Positions 42,612 to 49,808 of a stretch of DNA of 50,845 nt are shown one piece after another. The stretch comes from Candidatus Levyibacteriota bacterium (GTDB lineage Bacteria; Patescibacteriota; Microgenomatia; Levybacterales; UBA12049), in the NCBI GenBank assembly GCA_016188975.1, contig JACPGQ010000003.1, forward strand, positions 1 through 50,845, given 5' to 3'. The first letter of the stretch is position 1. Every line of letters begins with the position of its first letter. A model generated the notes under the pieces. It was not told the origin of the DNA, ran no database searches, and worked only from the letters and a program-made list of their open reading frames with translations. The translations under genes were made by a program, and so were the position numbers.

Positions 42612-42637
42612 AGGACAGATAAAATTAGAGAGGATGC

Positions 42638-43288
42638 TTATGCTGAGAGCTCATCGTCGTTGACTTCTTCTATTGACCCAAAGGTGTCTTTATGCTCATC
42701 AACGTTCGGCAGCAATCCTTCAAGGATACGAAGGTAGCGCATCGGGTTGTGGACTGCGTAGAGGTCAGCCATTTTAGAAAGTCGCCAATCAAAGATACTC
42801 ACTGTACCGTAGTTGAGAACACGACCTAAAACGCTTTGAGTAATTTTCACCTGTTTCACATTTTGAATGCCGTACTTATCAACTTTTTTAAAAAACACTC
42901 CTCTTTTATGCGCGATATTGTAGGCAGAAATTTCGTAATATTCCGAGACCCACTGCAAAACGACATACACTGTCAGGCAAGACTCGATAATCGTCACTGC
43001 GATAAGACCTGCGATTCCAAATGCTGGATTATTCACGTCGAGTAACTCAAGTAAATGAAATGAGGAGAGTATATAGTAGAGAGCAACCAATGCAATTGTC
43101 GTGAAAGAATCTGCAAAAATCAGCTTCATCACAAGAAACGATATGCTCAGCCGGACATTGACGTGGTCGACGCTGATTTTCTTGGTCTCTTTCTCTTGTG
43201 GTGCCATTAATTTCAATCGTAAATCGAAGTGTCGAAAAAAACAAGGAGGAGTATAGTAAGCATTCAGTTCTTTCCAATAGGTTGTCAT
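42638..43288 (-). CDS. membrane protein with a bacterial PH domain (bPH_2 / YdbS-YdbT-like)
   Basis: 216 aa with two TM helices, then YEISAYNIAHKRGVFFKKVDKYGIQNVKQVKITQSVLGRVLNYGTVSI. The true start may be further downstream. Confidence 0.65.
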   Translation of the reverse strand: MTTYWKELNAYYTPPCFFRHFDLRLKLMAPQEKETKKISVDHVNVRLSISFLVMKLIFADSFTTIALVALYYILSSFHLLELLDVNNPAFGIAGLIAVTIIESCLTVYVVLQWVSEYYEISAYNIAHKRGVFFKKVDKYGIQNVKQVKITQSVLGRVLNYGTVSIFDWRLSKMADLYAVHNPMRYLRILEGLLPNVDEHKDTFGSIEEVNDDELSA

Positions 43289-43364
43289 TTCGAGGTCGCC
43301 TGAGGCGACTGAGAAATCCCTTCAGGGTGAACCCCAGGAGATCTCTCGCTACGCTCGAGATGAC
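43284..43364. repeat. short hairpin element GTCATTTCGA...TGAGAAATCCC...GAGATGAC
   Basis: Its termini GTCATTTC and GAGATGAC are inverted. It has the internal hairpin GGTCGCC-TGA-GGCGACT. A related copy lies at 44017-44076. Confidence 0.6.
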
Positions 43365-43406
43365 ACATTCACCAGAAAGAACTGAATACGTACGGAGTTA
43401 TAGGGG

Positions 43407-43917
43407 TTACTGGACGATCAGCTTGCCGACCATGCCCTGCTGGCGGTGGTTACCAACTGAGCAGTAGTATTCAAACGTACCTGCTTGATCAGCATCGTCT
43501 CGCTCTGGCCTGCCTGAAGCTGCTTGGTTTTTGCATTAAATTCGTCAATAATAAAATCGTGGAAACCACCTTTGTTTGTGAGTGTTATTTTTACCGTATC
43601 TCCCTTATTTACCGTAATCGTGGCTGGATTAAACTTAAAACTGCTTGCTTCAACGGTAAACTCCTTGACTTCGCCCTCAGCTTCACCCATCGCTGCTCCG
43701 CTTGGTGAGGCTTCTTCGGTCACCTTAACTACTGCGCCTTCTGCAGTCGTTGGAGATGGTTGAGCGGCTTGGGAATCACAGGAGTAGCGCTTCTTCTCCC
43801 CATAAGGACGATGAAACCGATAACGCCGACGACAATCAGGACAAAAAGCCCGATAAGCATCATGTTCTTGTTGCCGCCCGACTGCGAAGCAGGAGGGGTA
43901 GATGTATTCTCGTCCAT
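43407..43917 (-). pseudogene. cupredoxin-domain (plastocyanin/amicyanin-like) gene disrupted by two frameshifts
   Basis: Three frames are needed to read it. The TM anchor MDENTS..MMLIGLFVLIVVGVIGFIVLMG reads from 43917. The cupredoxin core EFTVEASSFKFNPATITVNKGDTVKITLTNKGGFHDFIIDEF is in the frame of ORF 43418..43924. The copper-ligand end ADQAGTFEYYCSVGNHRQQGMVGKLIVQ-stop, ending at 43407, is in a third frame. Confidence 0.7.
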
Positions 43918-43970
43918 GTGACAATTACTATACTACAGCAAAATTGTTTTTGTCAACAGAACAGTATTTT

Positions 43971-44025
43971 CGTAACAGTTCACTCTTCTGAGCGAAGCGC
44001 TACCGCCACGATTTTGTCATTTCGA
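43971..44025 (+). repeat. 55-nt conserved element, copy B
   Basis: It matches 29386-29440 at 53 of 55 positions. Like copy A, it lies about 55 nt upstream of a minus-strand start codon. Confidence 0.85.
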
Positions 44026-44080
44026 TGGTCCAGGCGAAGCGCTAACGCTGGACCTGAGAAATCCCCTGGAGATGACAATT

Positions 44081-44215
44081 TCAATCGCTAATTGGCACAA
44101 CCGGACCACGCAAAAGCGTCGATTCCTTGAGTGTATTCCAGTTTAGAAGCATGTATGTACAAATAAACAAAATCAGCCCAATCAAAATCACAACAGCTAT
44201 AATTTCTCGCTTCAT
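44081..44215 (-). CDS. possible 44-aa membrane peptide
   Basis: MKREIIAVVILIGLILFICTYMLLNW... starts at the internal ATG 44215, directly downstream of the glycosyltransferase gene. This is a weak call. Confidence 0.25.
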   Translation of the reverse strand: MKREIIAVVILIGLILFICTYMLLNWNTLKESTLLRGPVVPISD

Positions 44216-44232
44216 ATTCAAAGTATACCAAT

Positions 44233-45540
44233 CTAAGATGGGTGCACGTATCGATACGTGATTACAATCGTTGTGAGGAGAAAGAAGATAAAGTAAAGAA
44301 AACTCAATCTTCCAAACCAAACATCTTTCTTGAAAAGAAAAAGCAGAATGAGGGGCAAGAAAAGAAGACCGAGTAATACTCGATACGTCAGGGATGAAAA
44401 CCCAAAATATGGTTCAAAGAAATACTGAATCTGTGAGATACCCACAAGAAAACAGACGATCAAAAAAGCAACATTCTTCTTCTTCAAAACGTCAATGACA
44501 AATATTGCTGTCGCAATTACCATGAATGGAAACATCGGAATCATGTACCACCCACTTTGCCCTGCCTGAGAAAGTGATGAAAGAAGAAAGAGAAAATACA
44601 CAGTTGCGGGGATAAGGATAAGGAGATGCTTTTTATAATTAAGACTCAAAAACCCAAGTGCCAGAAATCCCACAAAATACCACCCGTCGTAGTAGACTTT
44701 GTTGACAATAACAGGCTGTAACAAAAGCATTTGGAGCGCTTCAGGTCCAATGTCTCGACTCGATTGAAGTGCTTGAATCTCCCAGAATAACTGCCAGTCG
44801 TAGTAGGCTGCATAGATAAATAGCAAACCAACAAAAAACATCCACGTGATGACCAGTATACATGTATACTGGTATTTCACTCTGTTCCAAAGAAAAAGAA
44901 GTACTAAAAAAACAAGGAGTGAAAGCCCCATTATCTTTGTTAGAAAAGTAATGCCCGCAATAACACCAAGAGCTACTACTCTTCTTCTCGTGAGCTTTTT
45001 CTTCCAACGGGAAAAAAGATAGATTGCAAATACAAATAACAGCGCTAATTGGTTCTCAGCCACAGAAACCCGTTGGTTCATGACAAAAATGGTGACTGTT
45101 GAATAAAGAAAGAGCGAAAGAATTGCAACTGAAAACCGGTACTCCCTTTTGACAAAGAAGAAAATGAGTATTCCGGTCAACGTGCTGAGTATAATCGGCA
45201 TCAAGCGGATTGTTGCAAGCTGTTGGGACTCAAATGCGGCCTGTCCAGAGGCGAGGAGAAAGGATCCCAAGATGAGAGCATATCCTGGCGGATGATCAAA
45301 ATACGGTGAAACGATCGGAAAATATATACCATCAATCGTCAAATCAATCCGCTTCGGGTATGCACGAAACGCGGACCAGGAAACTGGTACTCCTTGTGAC
45401 AATAAGCTTGTCCCCAGAAACGAGTACGTATATTCATCAGACGTCGCGCCTCGCTGGGGAAAATAGGTGTAATGATAAAACCTCACCCAAAGACTGAGAA
45501 AAATGATGAGAATGAAGAGAAGTTTTTGGAAAAATGTCAT
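44233..45540 (-). CDS. polytopic membrane glycosyltransferase (GT39 / ArnT-PMT-like)
   Basis: 435 aa with about 11 TM helices and the N-terminal loop YFPQRGATSDEYTYSFLGTSLLSQGVPVSW, as in PMT_2-type enzymes. Confidence 0.65.
   Translation of the reverse strand: MTFFQKLLFILIIFLSLWVRFYHYTYFPQRGATSDEYTYSFLGTSLLSQGVPVSWSAFRAYPKRIDLTIDGIYFPIVSPYFDHPPGYALILGSFLLASGQAAFESQQLATIRLMPIILSTLTGILIFFFVKREYRFSVAILSLFLYSTVTIFVMNQRVSVAENQLALLFVFAIYLFSRWKKKLTRRRVVALGVIAGITFLTKIMGLSLLVFLVLLFLWNRVKYQYTCILVITWMFFVGLLFIYAAYYDWQLFWEIQALQSSRDIGPEALQMLLLQPVIVNKVYYDGWYFVGFLALGFLSLNYKKHLLILIPATVYFLFLLSSLSQAGQSGWYMIPMFPFMVIATAIFVIDVLKKKNVAFLIVCFLVGISQIQYFFEPYFGFSSLTYRVLLGLLFLPLILLFLFKKDVWFGRLSFLYFIFFLLTTIVITYRYVHPS
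44850..44874. repeat. 26-nt palindrome family, copy 3 (inside the glycosyltransferase CDS)
   Basis: In TGACCAGTATACATGTATACTGGTA the 22-nt core at 44852-44873 is perfect. It is translated as KYQYTCILVIT. Confidence 0.95.
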
Positions 45541-45591
45541 ACCAATATCCTATGCTATCGCCTCTTTAGGAAATTGGCAAGAATAATAGTC

Positions 45592-46641
45592 TCATTCACT
45601 AGTGGGGGTTGATGTCGGCTTTGAAAATGTTGAGCGGTAAAAGTCAATACTTCTTAATACGGCAAGCGGCCAACTGCCGTTATTGAAGTTATGGTTTTCT
45701 CCAGGGTAAATAAAATACTCATGTTTAATTTCCTTTTCCGTCAACAATGCATCAAACTGATCCGACCAGCGCTGAGGTACTGCCTCATCGGCTGATCCCT
45801 GATTGAGCTGAAGCGGCGCATTAATCCATGACAGATATTTTGTCACCGAATAGTTGTAGACATCATAGTCGCGCTCAAAATCGGCAACAACTTTTCGAAG
45901 CGCCTTGCCTTCATCATCAAACTCATCAGTAAAATACAATATGTTATACGGGAATGGTTTTGAGACGGGAGCCCAGAGCACGGTAGGAATCGGCTTTCCC
46001 GTAATCGCAAGGATACTGAGTGCGATCTGCCCGCCGTTACTATGTGCCCATATACCGATCTTATTGATATCTGCTTTTTGAGTAATCGTATCATTTTTAC
46101 TTATGACTTGATTCAGAGTTTGCACAGACGACATGATTGAAAGAGCAGTCGTATAGGTTTGAAACCGTTCTTCAATTGATTTTTCAGAAGGCATGTCTGA
46201 TTCACCATACCCTAAGAAATCAGGAGCGAGTGTGATAAAACCATTGCGAGCAAACTCCTCTGCAGTCCTTCGTGTTCCTTCACCGGATGTGAACTGTTCC
46301 CGCTCGACAAATCCACGAAACATCACAATGACTGGGAACGTCTCTTCTTCTCTCGGCAAATTCAAAAGCCCACTGACTTTCTTATCACCATCATGAAAGT
46401 AAAACATGTACGAGGTGAACTCTTCATCCTTTTTCACGACGTCACCGAGTGTAATAGATCCTGCAGAAACCTTTGCGATCCTGAGGCGTTCAAATGAGTA
46501 CTTTGCGAGAGGCTTCTCAAAAATCGTTTTTTCCTTGGCAACAGGATTCACGATCCTGTCGGTGATAGTGTTTTTAAAAACGTACAAAAGAGCTGCAACG
46601 GAAAGAGATACTACGAAGATGAGCAGAAAGAGTTTTACCAT
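45592..46641 (-). CDS. alpha/beta hydrolase (S9 / dienelactone hydrolase-like) with an N-terminal anchor
   Basis: 349 aa with a TM helix, the nucleophile elbow GIWAHSNGGQIAL and a late HNF motif. Confidence 0.7.
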   Translation of the reverse strand: MVKLFLLIFVVSLSVAALLYVFKNTITDRIVNPVAKEKTIFEKPLAKYSFERLRIAKVSAGSITLGDVVKKDEEFTSYMFYFHDGDKKVSGLLNLPREEETFPVIVMFRGFVEREQFTSGEGTRRTAEEFARNGFITLAPDFLGYGESDMPSEKSIEERFQTYTTALSIMSSVQTLNQVISKNDTITQKADINKIGIWAHSNGGQIALSILAITGKPIPTVLWAPVSKPFPYNILYFTDEFDDEGKALRKVVADFERDYDVYNYSVTKYLSWINAPLQLNQGSADEAVPQRWSDQFDALLTEKEIKHEYFIYPGENHNFNNGSWPLAVLRSIDFYRSTFSKPTSTPTSE

Positions 46642-46813
46642 GGAAGTGCGTGGTGTATACTATACCACTTCGCTTTGATTTTGCGAAATTTAGTATATAC
46701 CTTCGTAGCAATCAAAATGATATTATGTTTGCGGCGTAGTTCTCGCACTCGGAAATCAAAGCTTCGCTGGGTATTTAACTGTGGATTTTGATTGCGAAGA
46801 GGTATAACAGAAA

Positions 46814-47200
46814 ATGAAACCAATTACTATAATCACGCATAAAAAGGATGAAGTTGTTGATATCACTGATGAGGTGGAGAAAGTACTTCGCGAACAGTCA
46901 AAAGAAGATGGAGTGTGTTTGATTCACGCCCTTCATACAACCTGCTGTATTACAACAGCTGATTTAGATCCGGGAACTGACAAAGATCTTCTCGACTTTC
47001 TCAGAGCTATAGAACCAAAACTCACCTACCGCCATCCTCATAATCCAGAACACACTCCTGATCACCTCATCTCTTCTATCATCGGTCCGTCGATTAGCAT
47101 TCCGTTCCAAAACAAAAAGCTACTTCTCGGCACGTGGCAACGGGTCATCCTCATCGAACTCGACGGGCCGAGAGAAAGAGTGATAACAGTTACCGTTTGA
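46814..47200 (+). CDS. yjbQ: YjbQ/UPF0047 family protein (secondary thiamine-phosphate synthase-like)
   Basis: 128 aa with GVCLIHALHTTCCITT, HNPEHTPDHL and LLLGTWQRVILIELDGPRER. Confidence 0.85.
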   Translation: MKPITIITHKKDEVVDITDEVEKVLREQSKEDGVCLIHALHTTCCITTADLDPGTDKDLLDFLRAIEPKLTYRHPHNPEHTPDHLISSIIGPSISIPFQNKKLLLGTWQRVILIELDGPRERVITVTV

Positions 47201-47288
47201 GACACACATTCTTTTGAAAACCCACATCTCTACGCTATTGCGTATAATTGTGAAATTATGTGTTAGTAGTTCTCGAAAAAAGAAACCT

Positions 47289-47969
47289 TTACTTTCCGAA
47301 TCTTCTTTCTCTAGCTGAATACTCATCGAGTGCTTTTTGAAATTCCTTAACATCAAAATCCGGCCAGAGAGTATCAGTGAAATAGAGCTCTGCATATACC
47401 GTCTGCCACGGCAAAAATCCGCTGAGCCTCTGTTCACCACCTGTTCGAACAATCATATCTGGATCAGGCATCCCAGCAGTAAAAAGATAATCAGCAAACG
47501 TTTTCTCATCCACGTTTTTGATCTTTTTTCGCAAAATCTCTCCTATCGCTCTGAGAATCTCGAACCGACCTCCGTAATTGAGGCCAAAGACGACGGTTAC
47601 TTTGGTATTTTCGCTGCTTTGTTTTTTTATCTCCTCAAGCCTTGTAAAAATGTCTTGCGGAAAAGCAGAAATGTCGCCAATTGTTTGGACGCGAATGCCT
47701 TTTTCCATCATTCGCTTAATCATCGGGCCATTAACCAGGTTACGAAACACAGTCATCAAATCGTCTACTTCTTCTTTTGCCCTATTCCAATTCTCAGTTG
47801 AAAATGCCCAAAACGTCATGTAGTCGATACCAAGTTCCGAAGCATACTCTACCAATTCTTCGACGCGGTCCACGCCCTTGTTGTGCCCCATGATGATCTG
47901 AAGCTGATTCCTTCTCGCCCAACGGCGATTGCCATCCATAATAAATGCGACGTGTTGAGGAACTTTCAT
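47289..47969 (-). CDS. uppS: isoprenyl transferase / undecaprenyl diphosphate synthase
   Basis: 226 aa with HVAFIMDGNRRWA, TFWAFSTENWNR and RTGGEQRLSGFLPWQ. Confidence 0.9.
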   Translation of the reverse strand: MKVPQHVAFIMDGNRRWARRNQLQIIMGHNKGVDRVEELVEYASELGIDYMTFWAFSTENWNRAKEEVDDLMTVFRNLVNGPMIKRMMEKGIRVQTIGDISAFPQDIFTRLEEIKKQSSENTKVTVVFGLNYGGRFEILRAIGEILRKKIKNVDEKTFADYLFTAGMPDPDMIVRTGGEQRLSGFLPWQTVYAELYFTDTLWPDFDVKEFQKALDEYSARERRFGK

Positions 47970-48126
47970 AAATTGACCTAATTGCTCTAATTATTCTAAT
48001 TGACCTAAACAAATCCTAAATCCTAAGCACTACATCCTAAACCCTCCTTCGGGAGGGCACAGCAAATTGATATTGCCTGCTCCACGAAGTTCTTTAGAAC
48101 GAAGTGAAGTTTAGAAATTAGAAATT
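47970..48126. mobile_element. MITE-like element with terminal inverted repeats, copy B (inverted relative to copy A)
   Basis: The 63-nt stretch GGGCACAGCAAATTGATATTGCCTGCTCCACGAAGTTCTTTAGAACGAAGTGAAGTTTAGAAATT differs at 2 positions from the reverse complement of 27021-27083. Its end encodes the last codons (ISNF) of gene 48111..48623. Confidence 0.7.
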
Positions 48127-48623
48127 ATCTTCACAGCCTCAATTGCCCACGGTGTATATCTCTCGGGATTGTTCTTGACATCGATAATAAATGCGTCTTT
48201 AGGCATCCATTTATATTCATAGATAACATCGTTATTGGGAGAAACTTCTCCATTATATTTTCCGACTAACACCGCGCAATATTCATTCTCACAGTGTGCA
48301 TGGTATTTTGCAAAATAATTGAATCCTCCGATTTTTTTTATTTTGACATTTGAGATACCCATCTCATCTTTCAGTGATCGATTTACAGCCTCTTCATACG
48401 TCTCGTCATGACCTTCAGCAAAGTGTAACACGTGACTGATAGCAGTCAGATCCCAAAATTTATCCCACCTGACATGTTTTCGGAATTGCAGTAAGACTTC
48501 GTCTTTACTGTTCTCAAGCAAAACCACAAATGCACGGTGATGAATCCCTGTCCCAAAATGACACTCTCCTTTGTCTTCGTACTGCCCTGTCGGAATATCT
48601 TCTTCATCAACAATAATAAGCAT
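48111..48623 (-). CDS. NUDIX hydrolase, type-1 isopentenyl-diphosphate isomerase-like
   Basis: The start is set at the internal ATG (MLIIVDEED). It has HRAFVVLLEN..LLQFR and a Nudix-box-like ETYEEAVNRSLKDEMGI. The position that aligns with the catalytic Cys of E. coli Idi (WTNSVCGHP) reads WDLTAISHV. Confidence 0.6.
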   Translation of the reverse strand: MLIIVDEEDIPTGQYEDKGECHFGTGIHHRAFVVLLENSKDEVLLQFRKHVRWDKFWDLTAISHVLHFAEGHDETYEEAVNRSLKDEMGISNVKIKKIGGFNYFAKYHAHCENEYCAVLVGKYNGEVSPNNDVIYEYKWMPKDAFIIDVKNNPERYTPWAIEAVKIISNF

Positions 48624-48737
48624 TTGACGACTGTTCACCGTTGTATTGTAGCAAATTAAGCATGACGAGGAGGCGGAAGTTGCATGCAAGCTGTACACAC
48701 AGGATGTGTGTGATAGGTAGACACATCAGGAACGTGG

Positions 48738-49808
48738 TCAAAATAGATGCTGGTTAGCTACTCGAGCTCCGTTTGCAGGATAATTAATAATAACCTGCTT
48801 CACTTCTGGAAGTTGTTTTACAAGTTGTGTTACTTTTTCAGCATCCTTTTTTTGACAAATTAAATGAATATTCTGCCCTGTATTTACTGACCAGTATACA
48901 TGTATACTGGTCATCCTCCATTGTTTTACTTGTTTCATCAGGATAATCGTCGCCGGGTACCAATAGATAAGGGAGGGGTGTGATGTCAGCATGATTGCGT
49001 GCATTTCGAGTGCTTCGGCTTCGACAAGTTCGCCGAATGCTTGAAATTTTTTAGTTTTGAGATAGTCTTTGATCTTTGCAATTTTATTTTTGATCTTTTC
49101 TTGTCGTATGGAAAAGAAAGGGCTCGTATGTGCCAGTTTTTGTCCTTCAGTCGTACTGACATCTTTCACCTGATCGGTCAAAACGACTGCAATATCTACG
49201 ATATCCCAGTGCTCTGGAGGATACAATGAAACTGCATATGATGTGTCTGATGTATCCCCATCAAGCCACTCGACGAATCCGTCAGGAATCGAGCGACACG
49301 CAGATCCTGATCCCTGTCGAGCCAAGATGCTTAATTCTTTTTCGGAAAGATCAAGTCCCGCTGCTTTTGTCGCTGCCACAGTCAGCGCTGCGAATCCGGA
49401 TGCGGATGAAGACAAACCAGTCCCTCGTGGAAATGAGTTTTCAGAAACAACTTTTGCCTTATCAGAAATCCCTGCGAGTTTGCGGATACGATCCAGATGG
49501 GCTATGACTTTCGGGTCATTTTTTATTGTTCGAGCGAACGAAGTGAGTCGAGAACTCTCGAATCCATTGCTGTATTGCTTTATTGCTCTCTTGCTACTTC
49601 TCGATTCGTCACTACGTTCCTCACTCGAAGAATAAATAGTAATATCGTCTTCCGTATACTCAGAAGAAAACTCCACCGTCGTCGTTGTCGTGAGCCCCGA
49701 CAAATTCATCGAGATGCTTCCATTTGCAGGCAGTTTCAATTCCTCATCCTTTCGCCCCCAATACTTGACGAAGGCAATGTTAGATGGCGCGATAGCTGTG
49801 CTTTTCAT
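48738..49808 (-). CDS. mvaD: diphosphomevalonate decarboxylase homologue (GHMP family)
   Basis: 356 aa with APSNIAFVKYWGRKDEE, the GHMP motif GTGLSSSASGFAAL and GSGSACRS. It carries an internal hairpin insertion and a copy of the 26-nt palindrome. Confidence 0.8.
   Translation of the reverse strand: MKSTAIAPSNIAFVKYWGRKDEELKLPANGSISMNLSGLTTTTTVEFSSEYTEDDITIYSSSEERSDESRSSKRAIKQYSNGFESSRLTSFARTIKNDPKVIAHLDRIRKLAGISDKAKVVSENSFPRGTGLSSSASGFAALTVAATKAAGLDLSEKELSILARQGSGSACRSIPDGFVEWLDGDTSDTSYAVSLYPPEHWDIVDIAVVLTDQVKDVSTTEGQKLAHTSPFFSIRQEKIKNKIAKIKDYLKTKKFQAFGELVEAEALEMHAIMLTSHPSLIYWYPATIILMKQVKQWRMTSIHVYWSVNTGQNIHLICQKKDAEKVTQLVKQLPEVKQVIINYPANGARVANQHLF
48888..48913. repeat. 26-nt perfect palindrome, copy 4 (inside the decarboxylase CDS)
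   Basis: TGACCAGTATACATGTATACTGGTCA is translated as MTSIHVYWS. Confidence 0.95.
49531..49630 (-). repeat. hairpin-forming in-frame insertion of about 100 nt within the decarboxylase CDS
   Basis: It encodes roughly SSEERSDESRSSKRAIKQYSNGFESSRLTSFART. The arms CGAGCGAACGAAGTGAGTCGAGAA and TTCTCGATTCGTCACTACGTTCCTCACTCG are imperfect inverted repeats. Confidence 0.6.
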
